IMG/VR virus record: IMGVR_UViG_3300023184_000088
Coordinates: 1 to 64,000 of that record
Reading direction: 5' to 3' (one strand)
DNA: 64,000 bases
Source: an uncultured virus (IMG/VR IMGVR_UViG_3300023184_000088)
Taxonomy: Duplodnaviria > Heunggongvirae > Uroviricota > Caudoviricetes
The notes under the pieces are model-generated. The model made no database searches. It was not told the origin of the DNA and saw only the letters and a list, made by a program, of their open reading frames with translations. Below are positions 1-11,390 of this stretch, one piece after another (within the stretch, counting starts at the first letter, position 1; the number at the start of each line of letters is the position of its first letter). Position numbers and translations under genes: made by a program.

Positions 1-2620
1 CGCTAGAACCGCTAGACCCAGAAGTCCCTCTAGTCCCTGAAGTTCCTGAAGAACCGCTAGTTCCGGATGTACCACTAGAACCTGAAGTTCCTTTAGTTCC
101 ATCTGTTTCACCACTTGTTCCGCTTGTTCCTGAAGTTCCGCTAGTACCTTTAGTACCATCTGTCTCACCGCTTGTTCCTGAAGTACCTGAAGTACCTGAA
201 GTTCCATTAGTTCCGGATTTACCGCTAGAACCTGAAGTTCCTTTAGTCCCTGAAGTTCCTGAAGAACCGCTAGTCCCGGATGTTCCACTAGAACCTGAAG
301 TTCCTTTAGTCCCATCTGTCTCACCGCTTGTTCCGCTTGTTCCCGACGTTCCTTTAGTACCATCTGTCTCACCACTTGTTCCGCTTGTTCCTGAAGTTCC
401 GCTTGTTCCTGAAGTTCCGCTAGAACCGCTAGACCCAGAAGTCCCTCTAGTCCCTGAAGTTCCTGAAGAACCGCTAGTTCCGGATGTACCACTAGAACCT
501 GAAGTTCCTTTAGTTCCATCTGTTTCACCACTTGTTCCGCTAGTCCCTGAAGTACCTTTAGTACCATCTGTCTCACCACTTGTTCCGCTTGTTCCTGATG
601 TTCCGCTTGTCCCTGATGTTCCGCTAGAACCGCTAGAGCCTGAAGTTCCTTTAGTCCCTGACGAACCTGAAGTCCCGCTAGAACCTGAAGTCCCTGAAGT
701 CCCTGAAGTACCTTTAGTACCATCTGTCTCACCACTTGTTCCTGAAGTTCCGCTTGTTCCTGAAGTTCCGCTTGTTCCTGAAGTTCCGCTAGAACCGCTA
801 GACCCAGAAGTCCCTCTAGTCCCTGAAGTTCCTGAAGAACCGCTAGTTCCGGATGTACCACTAGAACCTGAAGTTCCTTTAGTTCCATCTGTTTCACCAC
901 TTGTTCCGCTAGTCCCTGAAGTTCCGCTAGTTCCTGAAGAACCACTAGAACCTGAAGTTCCTTTAGTACCTGAAGAACCGCTTGTTCCTGAAGAACCGCT
1001 AGTACCTGAAGAACCACTAGAACCTGAAGTTCCTTTAGTACCGTCTGTTTCACCACTTGTTCCGCTAGTTCCTGAAGTTCCGCTAGTTCCTGAAGAACCA
1101 CTAGAACCTGAAGTTCCTTTAGTACCTGAAGAACCGCTTGTTCCTGAAGAACCGCTAGTCCCTGATGTACCACTAGAACCTGAAGTTCCTTTAGTACCAT
1201 CTGTCATACCACTAGTTCCGCTAGTTCCTGAAGTTCCGCTAGTTCCTGAAGAACCACTAGTTCCTGAAGAACCACTAGAACCTGAAGTTCCTTTAGTACC
1301 TGAAGAACCGCTTGTTCCTGAAGAACCGCTAGTCCCTGATGTTCCACTAGAACCTGAAGTTCCTTTAGTACCATCTGTCATACCACTAGTTCCACTAGTT
1401 CCACTAGTTCCACTTGTTCCACTAGAACCTGAAGTTCCTTTAGTACCTGAAGAACCACTTGTTCCTGAAGAACCACTTGTCCCTGAAGAACCACTTGTCC
1501 CTGAAGAACCACTAGTTCCTGAAGAGCCACTAGTTCCTGAAGTTCCTGAAGAACCGCTAGTACCTGAAGAACCGTTAGTTCCTGAAGTTCCTGAAGAACC
1601 GCTAGTTCCTGAAGTTCCTGAAGTTCCTGAAGAACCGCTAGTCCCTGAAGTTCCTGAAGAACCGCTAGTACCTGATGTTCCACTAGACCCTGATGTTCCT
1701 GAAGAACCTGATGTTCCAGAAGTTCCTTTAGTCCCTGATGAACCAGAAGTTCCGCTAGACCCTGAAGAACCTGCTGCTCCTGACGCTCCATCAAGATTTG
1801 TAACCCATGAAGAAAAATCTCCAGTACCATTTATAACGGTTACGGTAACTTGTAAATCACCTGTTGATGCGGAGTAAGATATAACATCACAAAGAAATTT
1901 ATTTGTGTTAGAATTGGCAATAATTAAATGTTGTCCTATTGTGTAAGATAATCCTGTTGATGTAGTTAATGATAATGTCTGGCCACTAACTAAAGTTGAT
2001 AAGTTTATATAATTAGTTGATTGTCCAATAACCCCTAAACTAGTTCCTGAAGAACCATCAGAACCTGAAGAACCTGAAGAACCTGAAGTCCCACTTGTTC
2101 CTGATGAACCTGATGTTCCGCTAGTGCCTGATGAACCAGATGTTCCGCTAGTACCTGAAGAGCCACTTGTTCCTGAAGAGCCACTTGTTCCTGATGAACC
2201 TGAAGTCCCGCTAGACCCAGATGTTCCGTCAATTCCGCTCGTCCCGCTAGACCCAGATGTTCCGTCAATTCCGCTTGTCCCACTAGAACCCGATGTTCCG
2301 TCGATTCCGCTTGTCCCACTAGAACCCGATGTTCCGTCGATTCCGCTTGTACCGCTAGACCCCGATGTTCCACTTTCTCCTGAAGTTCCTGCAGTACCAT
2401 TTGACGACCCTGAGGTTCCGCTAGCACCACTAGAACCTGTTGCTCCTGAAGAACCACTAGTCCCTGAAGAGCCGCTAGCACCACTAGAACCTGTTGCTCC
2501 TGAAGAACCACTAGTTCCTGAAGAGCCGCTAGAACCTGAAGTTCCTTTACCCGAAGAACCACTTGAACCCGAAATTCCTGAAGTACCGCTAGTTCCATCA
2601 ACACCTGTTAAATTAATAGG
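1..2620. repeat. Coding low-complexity tandem repeat (9-nt units) with larger block duplications
   Basis: Units such as cctgaagtt/ccgctagtt/ccacttgtt; a ~120-nt block recurs starting at 1, 418 and 787. Confidence 0.95.
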
Positions 2621-3253
2621 TATTGTTGCACCATCATTTCTAAATAAATCTAATCTAGATGTTGCGGAAAAATAAGTACCCCCCGTAACATATATATCTT
2701 GTATTGCTGTTGCAAATTTTCTCCATCTGGCGTTGATTCTAGTAACCCCGTTAATACCTTCAATCGTGGAACCTGTCCAAGTATTAATAAGTGATTGACC
2801 TTCCGGCGAATTGTTTTTTACTGTTGTTCCGAAATCGGATATAACGACAGTGTCGCCACCAGGTCCTGAAGCTCCTAAAGCGTCAGACCATAATGTGTTA
2901 TAATTATCTATTGAGAATTGATATACTTGGTCTGTTTCATAAACATAAACCAACATACCCAATCGTCGTCTACCTGATGAAATATTATCAGAATTTAATG
3001 TTATTGTGTCAAATGAAAATGAAGAATTAATTCCTTTATAAAATTGAATAGGAATAGTATTACCTGAATATTCAATATCCCCTGTATTTCCAAGAGGTAT
3101 TACATAAATTAAATCATTTAAGGTGTAAACCTCCATAAAACCACCCGTATTTAAAACACTAAATGTTGTTCCAAATGTGCTGGTTCTTGTTGAAGATATA
3201 CCCCCTACAGCGATTAAAGGAGTTAATGGATTTTTATAATTTAAGTTAGACAT
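1..3253 (-). CDS. Large Gly-Ser/Thr triplet-repeat putative tail fibre/virion protein, >1084 aa, runs off the left edge (absent from ORF track)
   Basis: ATG at 3253 (MSNLNYKNPLTPLIAVGG...). The same frame reads (GTS/GSS)n below ~2620 and at the window edge, with a non-repetitive insert at ~1790-2040. Confidence 0.9.
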   Translation of the reverse strand, partial: MSNLNYKNPLTPLIAVGGISSTRTSTFGTTFSVLNTGGFMEVYTLNDLIYVIPLGNTGDIEYSGNTIPIQFYKGINSSFSFDTITLNSDNISSGRRRLGMLVYVYETDQVYQFSIDNYNTLWSDALGASGPGGDTVVISDFGTTVKNNSPEGQSLINTWTGSTIEGINGVTRINARWRKFATAIQDIYVTGGTYFSATSRLDLFRNDGATIPINLTGVDGTSGTSGISGSSGSSGKGTSGSSGSSGTSGSSGATGSSGASGSSGTSGSSGATGSSGASGTSGSSNGTAGTSGESGTSGSSGTSGIDGTSGSSGTSGIDGTSGSSGTSGIDGTSGSSGTSGIDGTSGSSGTSGSSGTSGSSGTSGSSGTSGTSGSSGTSGTSGSSGTSGTSGSSGSSGSDGSSGTSLGVIGQSTNYINLSTLVSGQTLSLTTSTGLSYTIGQHLIIANSNTNKFLCDVISYSASTGDLQVTVTVINGTGDFSSWVTNLDGASGAAGSSGSSGTSGSSGTKGTSGTSGSSGTSGSSGTSGTSGSSGTSGTSGSSGTSGTSGTSGSSGTSGTNGSSGTSGSSGTSGTSGSSGTSGSSGTSGSSGTSGSSGTSGSSGTKGTSGSSGTSGTSGTSGTSGMTDGTKGTSGSSGTSGTSGSSGTSGSSGTKGTSGSSGSSGTSGSSGTSGTSGTSGTSGMTDGTKGTSGSSGTSGTSGSSGTSGSSGTKGTSGSSGSSGTSGTSGTSGTSGETDGTKGTSGSSGSSGTSGSSGTSGSSGTKGTSGSSGSSGTSGTSGTSGTSGETDGTKGTSGSSGTSGTSGSSGTSGTRGTSGSSGSSGTSGTSGTSGTSGTSGTSGETDGTKGTSGTSGTSGSSGTSGSSGTKGTSGSSGSSGTSGTSGTSGTSGTSGETDGTKGTSGTSGTSGETDGTKGTSGSSGTSGTSGSSGTSGTRGTSGSSGSSGTSGTSGTSGTSGTSGETDGTKGTSGTSGTSGETDGTKGTSGSSGTSGTSGSSGTSGTKGTSGSSGKSGTNGTSGTSGTSGTSGETDGTKGTSGTSGTSGTSGETDGTKGTSGSSGTSGTSGSSGTSGTRGTSGSSGSS

Positions 3254-3270
3254 AATTTAATAATTATTTG

Positions 3271-4284
3271 TTACGGAGAAACATTATTTCCTCTGAAATA
3301 AATACTTTGATTATTGTTTAATGCGAATATTCTATGAGGAAAAGTCGTATAAACTCTATATGTTGTTGGAGGAATTGTTCCACCACTATATGTGAAAGTA
3401 TAAGTGTTAATTGTTCTTTCTGTATTTATTGTTGCTAAAGAATTAGGGTCACCATCACTATTAACATCTATTGATGTTTGTCTTTGATTGTTCGTTAATA
3501 AAACAGGGATTATCCAAGTATACCAAGCCGTGTCTGATATTGTATTTTGAAGAATTTCTGTTGTTAAGAAATTATATCTAATAATTGGATTACCAAAAGT
3601 GTCTAATCCTCCACTTTGTTGTGGAACCGATTGACGAATAACTGACGGGAATAAACCACTAGTCCAACCACTAAAGTCAACATAACGATTCATATCTAGG
3701 TTAAATTGAGTTTGGTTTTGATTTGGTTGGCTATTATTTGAGAAACCAAAGAAGTTAGACTCACCATCAAACATCCATTGACCAATTTCAGTGGCTCCTG
3801 ACATTGGCTCAATAAATAAGGTTGCGAAATAAACAGGTGTTGGTGTTGGAGTCGGTGTTTTTGTCGGTGTTTGAGTATTTGTCGGTGTTGGTGATAACCC
3901 AATAGTTGGTGTAGGTGTTTTTGTTACCGTTCTTGTTGGTGTTGGTGTACGAGTTGGTGGTATTGGTGGGCAAGGATTAAATGTTGGCGTAACCGTTGGT
4001 GTTGCCGTAGGTGTTGGTGTTTGAGTTTTTGTTGTTGTAGGTGTAGGTGTTACCGTAGGTGTTGGTAACGGAACGTTTAAAATATTAGGGCAGTCACTAT
4101 CCAATACTAATATAGTATAGGTTCCATATACACCTCTAGGTGGTGTTAATAATCCGGGAACAAATAAATACGGTAATACTTGATTACCCAAATTAATGAC
4201 AATGAGTTCATTATAAGGTTTGAATAAAATATTTGCTACTTCTCCATCGTAATTAACACTTTTTATCGTTATTGATTGTGACAT
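3271..4284 (-). CDS. Putative virion structural protein with Pro-Thr linker
   Basis: 337-aa ORF with PTPT repeats, in tandem with the fibre-like gene. Confidence 0.75.
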   Translation of the reverse strand: MSQSITIKSVNYDGEVANILFKPYNELIVINLGNQVLPYLFVPGLLTPPRGVYGTYTILVLDSDCPNILNVPLPTPTVTPTPTTTKTQTPTPTATPTVTPTFNPCPPIPPTRTPTPTRTVTKTPTPTIGLSPTPTNTQTPTKTPTPTPTPVYFATLFIEPMSGATEIGQWMFDGESNFFGFSNNSQPNQNQTQFNLDMNRYVDFSGWTSGLFPSVIRQSVPQQSGGLDTFGNPIIRYNFLTTEILQNTISDTAWYTWIIPVLLTNNQRQTSIDVNSDGDPNSLATINTERTINTYTFTYSGGTIPPTTYRVYTTFPHRIFALNNNQSIYFRGNNVSP

Positions 4285-4295
4285 TTATAATATGT

Positions 4296-4886
4296 TTACG
4301 AAATTGTACTGATTGTTATTGCGACAGATGGTGTTGATGGTCTGTTATGAGGAGACGTTACTGGTCCCACATATTTTAAATACACGGTACGGTCATCCGA
4401 ATCAAACACAAATTCAACATATTGACCAGCAGTTAAAACATACGAATATGGTATAAAAGGTAATTGTTCATTATTATTATTTAATAATACAAGTTCACCC
4501 GCACTTCTTTCTACATCAACACCATCAACTCTTGTCCAAAAATATACTGTTGCATTTGCTGGTGAGGATGTATTTTTATCCAATTGGAATGATACTCCAA
4601 ATAAGTATGTTCCATCCTGTAATGCCGTGAATTTTGAATTATCAACTAATTCAAACCCCACCTGAGATTCTATAGTATCAACATATACAACTTGAGGTAA
4701 ATCTAAATCTACTGTAGAACCTGATACAGGTTGGTTTACTGTTGATGTGTATGAAGCGTTTGGTTTTGCTAAAATTTGAGAGTAGTTAATATGGTAAGTT
4801 ACACCACTTAATTCCACTGGAGCAACCATATTTGGATTTGGCGTTGATAATAATGGTAATTCGCTAATTGTTTTTCCTGTTAACAT
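4296..4886 (-). CDS. Putative virion protein, beta-rich (C1q/TNF-like C-terminal domain possible)
   Basis: 196 aa; GTYLFGVSFQL and LTAGQYVEF segments resemble C1q/BclA-C strands. Confidence 0.55.
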   Translation of the reverse strand: MLTGKTISELPLLSTPNPNMVAPVELSGVTYHINYSQILAKPNASYTSTVNQPVSGSTVDLDLPQVVYVDTIESQVGFELVDNSKFTALQDGTYLFGVSFQLDKNTSSPANATVYFWTRVDGVDVERSAGELVLLNNNNEQLPFIPYSYVLTAGQYVEFVFDSDDRTVYLKYVGPVTSPHNRPSTPSVAITISTIS

Positions 4887-4961
4887 AATTTTGTTTTATT
4901 TATAAATATTGTTTATTTTTAATTAAATTTTAAATACTTCGTATTTTATACTGAAATATAT

Positions 4962-7900
4962 TTATACAATGGTTGGTGTTGGTGTAGGAGTTTGAGTTGG
5001 AGTTTCCGTAATTGTTGGGGTTGGTGTTGGAGGTATTTCTATATATTTTAAATAAAGTTTATCAAATATTGCAGTATTACCTGTAAGTGTTGACCCGAAA
5101 TTATAAAAATACCCGAACGAATCTAATGTTGTGTTTGTGTATGTTCCATCTGTCGCCACACTAGAAATACTATATCCTGTTGTTAGTGTAGGGTCAACCC
5201 AAGCCGCTCCATCATTTCTGAAATATAATTGCCAATTATTTGTTATCGAATCATAAGAAACCTTTAAACTTAAATAATCACCATCACCGAACCCTGGTGA
5301 ATTTGGTGTTGATAAAATCGTTGTTATATTAGCATTTGCTTGCAAACCACCTGTAAAACTAACTAAACGCCATTGTCTAGTCCCTGACCCTCCATAAACT
5401 AAAGCATAACCATAACCATCAGTTAACACATTAGTCCCACTTGACGCTAAAATAACAACTTGACCAAAAAGACCTGAATCAAACCCACTTAAAATGGTGG
5501 TCCAGTTATTTCTTACATTCACAGACCAGTTAACAACTGTTGGGTTTAAGTTTAATTGAGAATAAAAATTAGGATTATTCACTAAAGTATATGTGGACAT
5601 TGTGTAAAGTCTTCCGGTTGTGTTTGTATTATCCGCTCTTAATCTTAAATAGTTTGAACTAACGATGGAGATATTACCTGTGTTTGTTATTGTAGATGTA
5701 TATGTGATAGATGGTGTTCCACCAGGACTAACTGACACTCTATTAAAATCGTCCACAAAAACATCATAACCCGGTGCGTATGGGTTTGATGGTGTTGGTG
5801 TATTTGTTGGTGTTTGTGTGGGCGTTTCAGTATTTGTTGGTGTTTGTGTAGGTGTTTCGGTGTTTGTCGGTGTATTAGTTGGGGTTTCAGTGTTAGTTGG
5901 TGTTTGTGTGGGCGTTTCAGTATTTGTTGGTGTTTGTGTAGGTGTTTCGGTGTTTGTCGGTGTATTAGTTGGGGTTTCAGTGTTAGTTGGTGTTGGTGTT
6001 TGAGTTGGAGTTTCGGTTGGTGTTTGAGTTGGAGTTTCAGTTGGTGTAGGGGTTTGAGTAGGGGTTTCAGTAGGTGTTTGAGTTGGTGTTTCGGTATTTG
6101 TTGGAGTTTGAGTATTTGTTGGTGTCGGTGTCGGTGGTATTCCAAGAAATTTTAAATAAAGTTTATCCCCCACCAAGATATAGTCACCAATTCCATCTAA
6201 AATAGCGTTATTTATAATTTGTTCCGGTGTTGTTGGTGTTGGTGTAGGCGTTGTTGTTGGTGTAGGCGTTGTTGTTGGTGTGGGTGTTGGTTCTAACCCG
6301 GCAATTCTTAAATATAAAGAATCTCCTACAGAGATATATTCTATTTCGTTAGTTATAATAGCGTCATAAATATTGTCTTCCACTTGAGTTGGTGTAATTG
6401 TTGGTGTAATTGTTGGAGTAATTGTTGGTGTGTTAGTTGGTGTAGGTGTTGGAGGGTACACATCAATTTCATAAGTAAAATCATCTATTAAACATACATT
6501 AGTATTACAATCCGGACAATCCGGATTAAACATTTTGAAAGTGTCTTTTAATAACTTAAAGTTATGTTTTATTTCAGGTGCCGATAATGGTGAAACATAC
6601 ATTCTAAATTGAGATATTCCCCCATCAAAAGTTCCAGCAAAATTCTGTTCTATTAATATATTATTATTTAAACCTGAAAATGTTGTCCCACTTAAATCAT
6701 TAGTTGGCAGACATTCAGGGTCTTGTATGTATGGACCTAATGGAGATGTGGATGAAGAGAATGTTAAATTTTCTCTTAAACCTTGAGTGCCACCACCCCA
6801 CGAAACATTAAAGGGAACACCAACTTGTTTTTCTTTATCAGTATTTAATCCTCTTGGGATAATCTCTTCAAAATCCTCAATAGTGTAAAATATTTTACCA
6901 TTAATATAAATTTTTAATCTACCTTTTCTATAGTCTTTATCTAATAACCATTTTTCATTTAAATTAACTAATTCTATTTGTTCTGGTGTACGACCATTTG
7001 TATGTGTATAAGGTACTGTGATTAACGATACCGTGTTATTAGCTAACGATTCTAAATATTTTCTTTCTGTTATATCACCAAGACCTCCACGATACCATAA
7101 ATCACAAGTGTCTAACCAAGTATATCTTTCCCAAACCGCATTTAACTGAAACCAATGTTCTTCCTCTAAATAAGCTGGGTTAATTATCTCACAATCAGGG
7201 TATATTCCACCAGGTGAACAATATTCGGTAATTGTATATCCTGTTGTGTAAGTGATTCCTGTTGTCTCACAACTACCAGTTGTTTCACATCCTCCGGTGA
7301 ATCTTAAAACTTTTACGCCAATTTGTGGATTCTTTGGGTCACCACAAAGTTTGAATGATAATGCGTTGGACATTGAATCATATAATGGGTCAACCTCACA
7401 AGTATTTTCTATTGATGTGAATCCTGTGGTATTACAAGTGTCGCAAGTATCACAAGTGGTACAATTACTACAAGTTGGGGTACATATTGGGGTTATAACA
7501 CAATTAGATTGAGTTGATGTTGGCGTAGGAGTTGGTGTTGGTGTTATATCAATAATCGTCTCACAGATATGGTCTTGACATTCCCAACCACAACTTGCAC
7601 AAGAAGTTTCATTACAACCACAACCACAACTAATTTTAGTTACTGGATTTCCCCCACATAAATCACAACCATAACTGGCGTGAGTATCGTGTTGATTATT
7701 TATAGACCTAGGTGGATAAACATATATACAACGACTATTAGTTATTGTATTATCACAACAAGCACAAGTTGTCACACCCGTTAATTCAGATGTTATTCTT
7801 GTATATCCTGTAAAACAATTTGGAGTACCATTTGCGTGATGATAAAATTTATTTTCCGCCCTTGTACCTAAATAAAAGAATGTGTTCTTATTTTGGGGAT

Positions 7901-8618
7901 ATATTACATTAAGAGTTGTCTCACCTGAACTTGGTGTGTATTCATCAATTAAACGAGGTTTTAAAACCATCTCAACGCTCCACCCTTTATTTACTCGTTC
8001 AGGGAAAATTTCATAATCATATCCAAATAATTTATAAAACCCTTGATAAAATCCTCCATATAATTCGTGGTATTTACCTTCCGATAATCCTTCTTTACTT
8101 ACAACCTCATATAATATGGTTTTATTAAACCCTGAAAATCTAACATTAGGTGATTGGGTATTACCTGTTATTTGAAATAATTTTAATCTTCTATCAAATG
8201 ATAACCTATCAAATTTAATAAAATCTGAATATAATCCTTTAGTGAAATTAATTGTTTCACCGCTCATTTTATCAACCAAACCATTATCAATACCTGTTAA
8301 TCCAATATCGCAAGATGTTGATGATGAAAAACAAGATAAATCTTCATTATTTGGGTTATAGTAATTTTGAGATACAAAAATATTATTAACATTATAATTT
8401 TTATAAGTTAATGTTTGGTCTTGTACTATAAGGGGGTTATTTATATCGAAATAAAACGGCAATCTATTACCGTAAGTTTGAGCAATCAAATATGGTGAGA
8501 AAATTACTTCCTCATTATAGTCTCGTTCATCATTAGTTAACGACATATCTTGTGAGTCTAAACTCAACTTTAGAGACCAATTTGACTTATAATATTGATT
8601 TATATTCTGACTCGCCAT
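4962..8618 (-). CDS. Large putative virion protein: Cys-rich N-terminal part, LamG-like strands, PT linkers, C-terminal beta-rich domain
   Basis: 1218 aa; Cys clusters; GRLKIYING and [11 protein letters not shown] strands; long TPT repeats. Confidence 0.75.
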   Translation of the reverse strand: MASQNINQYYKSNWSLKLSLDSQDMSLTNDERDYNEEVIFSPYLIAQTYGNRLPFYFDINNPLIVQDQTLTYKNYNVNNIFVSQNYYNPNNEDLSCFSSSTSCDIGLTGIDNGLVDKMSGETINFTKGLYSDFIKFDRLSFDRRLKLFQITGNTQSPNVRFSGFNKTILYEVVSKEGLSEGKYHELYGGFYQGFYKLFGYDYEIFPERVNKGWSVEMVLKPRLIDEYTPSSGETTLNVIYPQNKNTFFYLGTRAENKFYHHANGTPNCFTGYTRITSELTGVTTCACCDNTITNSRCIYVYPPRSINNQHDTHASYGCDLCGGNPVTKISCGCGCNETSCASCGWECQDHICETIIDITPTPTPTPTSTQSNCVITPICTPTCSNCTTCDTCDTCNTTGFTSIENTCEVDPLYDSMSNALSFKLCGDPKNPQIGVKVLRFTGGCETTGSCETTGITYTTGYTITEYCSPGGIYPDCEIINPAYLEEEHWFQLNAVWERYTWLDTCDLWYRGGLGDITERKYLESLANNTVSLITVPYTHTNGRTPEQIELVNLNEKWLLDKDYRKGRLKIYINGKIFYTIEDFEEIIPRGLNTDKEKQVGVPFNVSWGGGTQGLRENLTFSSSTSPLGPYIQDPECLPTNDLSGTTFSGLNNNILIEQNFAGTFDGGISQFRMYVSPLSAPEIKHNFKLLKDTFKMFNPDCPDCNTNVCLIDDFTYEIDVYPPTPTPTNTPTITPTITPTITPTQVEDNIYDAIITNEIEYISVGDSLYLRIAGLEPTPTPTTTPTPTTTPTPTPTTPEQIINNAILDGIGDYILVGDKLYLKFLGIPPTPTPTNTQTPTNTETPTQTPTETPTQTPTPTETPTQTPTETPTQTPTPTNTETPTNTPTNTETPTQTPTNTETPTQTPTNTETPTNTPTNTETPTQTPTNTETPTQTPTNTPTPSNPYAPGYDVFVDDFNRVSVSPGGTPSITYTSTITNTGNISIVSSNYLRLRADNTNTTGRLYTMSTYTLVNNPNFYSQLNLNPTVVNWSVNVRNNWTTILSGFDSGLFGQVVILASSGTNVLTDGYGYALVYGGSGTRQWRLVSFTGGLQANANITTILSTPNSPGFGDGDYLSLKVSYDSITNNWQLYFRNDGAAWVDPTLTTGYSISSVATDGTYTNTTLDSFGYFYNFGSTLTGNTAIFDKLYLKYIEIPPTPTPTITETPTQTPTPTPTIV
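5806..5994. repeat. 90-nt tandem duplication in PT-linker coding sequence
   Basis: 5806-5895 is repeated at 5896-5985. Confidence 0.9.
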
Positions 8619-8668
8619 CTTTTTTATGATAAATACTCTAAAACGAAGTATTTATATGAAAAAGTTAT

Positions 8669-9499
8669 ATGATAAATTTTAACACGGAGTACTTCAGTAA
8701 TAATTATTACTTCTTTTTAAAAGATAGAGGAGATAAAATATCCCTATATTATTCTGTTGCGGATACTTTAACCGAATCAAGAAAAAAAGATGACAAGATT
8801 GACTTTGATAAAAAAGATACAAAAAAAATTAAAGATGTTATGTCTAAAGTTTTAAAGTCAAAGAAAAAAGTGTCAAAAGACGATTTAACTAAAACTTTAA
8901 AAAATGTTAAATCCAAAACGGAAATAGAAGAATTTGTTGATGAGGATGGTACAATGTTAACATCTAGAATACCATATATTAATACGGCACTATCTCCAAG
9001 AAAAACAATGGACCAAACCGTTCCTATGGCAAGAACAACTAACGACCCTGTTACTAGAGGTTATAGAGTTTATTATGGTGAGGGTGAAGAAAAGGGTGAT
9101 GAGATGATAAATGAGATTGACTATTCCGAAGCATTTGGATATGTTGAAACTGAAAATATGGATTACGATAATACGGTTAAAACTCTCGCTAAAATGGGTG
9201 TTGAAAATCCTGAAGAAAGAGCTCAAGAATTTGGAAAACTTCCAAAACAAAAAAAACACGATGGTAAGTTAAAACAAAGATTATCAGAGAAAGATACAAT
9301 AGAAGAACAACAGAAACAACAAATGACTAAAATGGTTGAGGATATTTTAACCAAAAAATCAAAAGACGATTCTGGTGTTATAAAAAATAATGGTATCAGT
9401 AAAATATTAATGAAAAATCTACAATCTATTAAAAAAATTGCTGAAAAAGAAGGTATTAGTATTAATATGTTAATTAAATCACTAAAATCAAATGAATAA
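8669..9499 (+). CDS. Hypothetical protein (possible head-internal protein)
   Basis: 276-aa K/E-rich ORF preceded by TATTTAT motif. Confidence 0.75.
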   Translation: MINFNTEYFSNNYYFFLKDRGDKISLYYSVADTLTESRKKDDKIDFDKKDTKKIKDVMSKVLKSKKKVSKDDLTKTLKNVKSKTEIEEFVDEDGTMLTSRIPYINTALSPRKTMDQTVPMARTTNDPVTRGYRVYYGEGEEKGDEMINEIDYSEAFGYVETENMDYDNTVKTLAKMGVENPEERAQEFGKLPKQKKHDGKLKQRLSEKDTIEEQQKQQMTKMVEDILTKKSKDDSGVIKNNGISKILMKNLQSIKKIAEKEGISINMLIKSLKSNE

Positions 9500-9962
9500 G
9501 GATTTATACGGAAAATCTTTTGCTATCCCCCAAGATGTCATTGAATATTTACATCAATGCAATCAAGCTGTTGGTGAAGTTGATGAAACAACCGAAGGAT
9601 TTAAAAGAAATAAAGATTTAAGAGATAAGAAAGAAATTACATACCAACAATTAAAACGAATGAAAAATTGGTTTGATAATTTTGATGGTCACGAAAATGA
9701 TACTACTCATATTTTAAATGGTGGACATTATGTGAAAAATTGGGTCAATGATACATTAAATTCTATGAGAGATAATGTTGAGAATACTAAACAGAATAAG
9801 TCTGAAGTATTACCAAATCAATTTATCCAACCTCACGAAAAAAATGATATGACCACAATGAATAGACCAACTCAAGCACATAAATCAGCGGTTAATAGAT
9901 ATGATTCAGCAATTGTTGAGAATTTACAAAGAATAAACGATTTAATAAAAAAAATAATTTAA
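9492..9962 (+). CDS. Hypothetical protein
   Basis: 156-aa ORF overlapping the upstream stop; ends ENLQRINDLIKKII. Confidence 0.75.
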   Translation: MNKDLYGKSFAIPQDVIEYLHQCNQAVGEVDETTEGFKRNKDLRDKKEITYQQLKRMKNWFDNFDGHENDTTHILNGGHYVKNWVNDTLNSMRDNVENTKQNKSEVLPNQFIQPHEKNDMTTMNRPTQAHKSAVNRYDSAIVENLQRINDLIKKII

Positions 9963-9965
9963 GTT

Positions 9966-10259
9966 ATGGCAAATATAGACCCAACAGACTTAGCTCAACC
10001 AGAAAATAAGTTGTCGTCAATTGCGACAGCTCAAAGAGCAATATTATTCCCGAAAAATGATTATAAAACAACCAACCAATATTCTTCGGTTAATCCTGAC
10101 GCATTGGCGGATGGTGATACTAAAGGTAAAGGAACTGGTGGAGATTTAGATGTTTATAATCAAGGTGCCGGAGCAATCCAAGACATTTTAGAAAGAAAAT
10201 CTGAAATAGTAGTGAATACCTTTAAACCAAACGCACCTTACACCACACCAAGCGCTTAA
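9966..10259 (+). CDS. Hypothetical protein
   Basis: 97-aa ORF in tight operon. Confidence 0.7.
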   Translation: MANIDPTDLAQPENKLSSIATAQRAILFPKNDYKTTNQYSSVNPDALADGDTKGKGTGGDLDVYNQGAGAIQDILERKSEIVVNTFKPNAPYTTPSA

Positions 10260-10660
10260 TGAAACTTTACAATACATTTAAGTCCCTTATTTTAGAAGTA
10301 GCGTCAGTTGACTCAATAGTCAATGCTATAAAAAATAAAGACAAGATAATAATTTACTACGATGGTGATGAACCAGGTGGTCGTGGATTAAGGGAGATAG
10401 AACCTGTATGTTTTGGATACAGTAAAGCCGATAACCCTGTCTTACGAGCTTGGGATACTCAAGGAGCGTCTCACACCGGTTATAAAGGAGAACAACCCTT
10501 ACCAGGATGGAGACTTTTTAGAGCGGATAAAATCCTTTCTTTTAAACCATCCGGAGAAAAGTTTGACACACCAAAATCCGGCTATAATACAACCGGAGAT
10601 AAAAGTATGACAAGAGTTATCATAAATGTGGTTTTTGATGAAGAACCAATACAATATTAA
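10259..10660 (+). CDS. Stand-alone WYL-domain protein
   Basis: IIIYY...REIEPVCFG...LRAW...WRLFRADKI pattern typical of WYL domains. Confidence 0.8.
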   Translation: MKLYNTFKSLILEVASVDSIVNAIKNKDKIIIYYDGDEPGGRGLREIEPVCFGYSKADNPVLRAWDTQGASHTGYKGEQPLPGWRLFRADKILSFKPSGEKFDTPKSGYNTTGDKSMTRVIINVVFDEEPIQY

Positions 10661-10666
10661 AACATT

Positions 10667-11278
10667 ATGACAAACGAAAATAGTTTAATGGAAAAATTAA
10701 TGGTGTCTAAAAAAATGATAGATATCCATAACCAAACACCAAGAGGGGGATTACCTTCTATGGATTCTTATAATTCACCAGAAGTTGCCTCATATGACGC
10801 ACCAAAGGCTAATTATGTTTTACCTCAAGAGTTTTTACAAGAAAACTCAACAACAAATGAGCCTTATCTATCATCAATTCCAAAAACACCAACGACACAA
10901 CAACCAATGACTCAAGATAGAGTTATGTCGTCTAAATTACCGGATGAGATAAAACGATTAATGATAGAACATCCAATCAGTCAACCAAACTCTATGGGGG
11001 GTGGTTCAGTATTGTCAGATGAATTAGTTGAGAAGGCGTCTAAATTAATGAATTTAAAAGGTCCTCAACAACCAAAACAAGTTGTTAAAGAACAATCATC
11101 TCAAACAAATTTTAATAACAAACAATTAAAAGAAATGTTAAAAGAAGTTGTTGAAGAAGTGTTGTTAGAAAATGGTATACTTGCCGAATCAACACAAAAA
11201 TCAAATGAAGTCTTTTCTTTTAAAGTTGGGAAACATATATTTGAAGGTAAGGTTACAAAGATAAAAAAACTATCTTAA
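10667..11278 (+). CDS. Hypothetical protein
   Basis: 203-aa ORF followed by terminator. Confidence 0.75.
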   Translation: MTNENSLMEKLMVSKKMIDIHNQTPRGGLPSMDSYNSPEVASYDAPKANYVLPQEFLQENSTTNEPYLSSIPKTPTTQQPMTQDRVMSSKLPDEIKRLMIEHPISQPNSMGGGSVLSDELVEKASKLMNLKGPQQPKQVVKEQSSQTNFNNKQLKEMLKEVVEEVLLENGILAESTQKSNEVFSFKVGKHIFEGKVTKIKKLS

Positions 11279-11298
11279 CTTTATTTACTCTCAAGATT

Positions 11299-11329
11299 AA
11301 CCCTCATCTACCAAGTTGGGGGTTTTTTT
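11299..11329 (+). terminator. Rho-independent terminator
   Basis: AACCCTCA...TGGGGGTT stem then T-tract. Confidence 0.7.
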
Positions 11330-11390
11330 ATGGGGTAATGGTTGATATTTTCATTAAGTATTGTTATATTTTCATTTATAATTTAATAAT

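Noticed and set aside
1378..2675. ORF-track entries 1378..1830, 2035..2604 and 2124..2675
   Set aside because: Alternative-frame or antisense shadows of the Gly-Ser-Thr repeat gene
5687..8128. Small overlapping ORFs within 4962..8618, and similar antisense ORFs inside other long genes
   Set aside because: Frame shadows of low-complexity or AT-biased coding sequence
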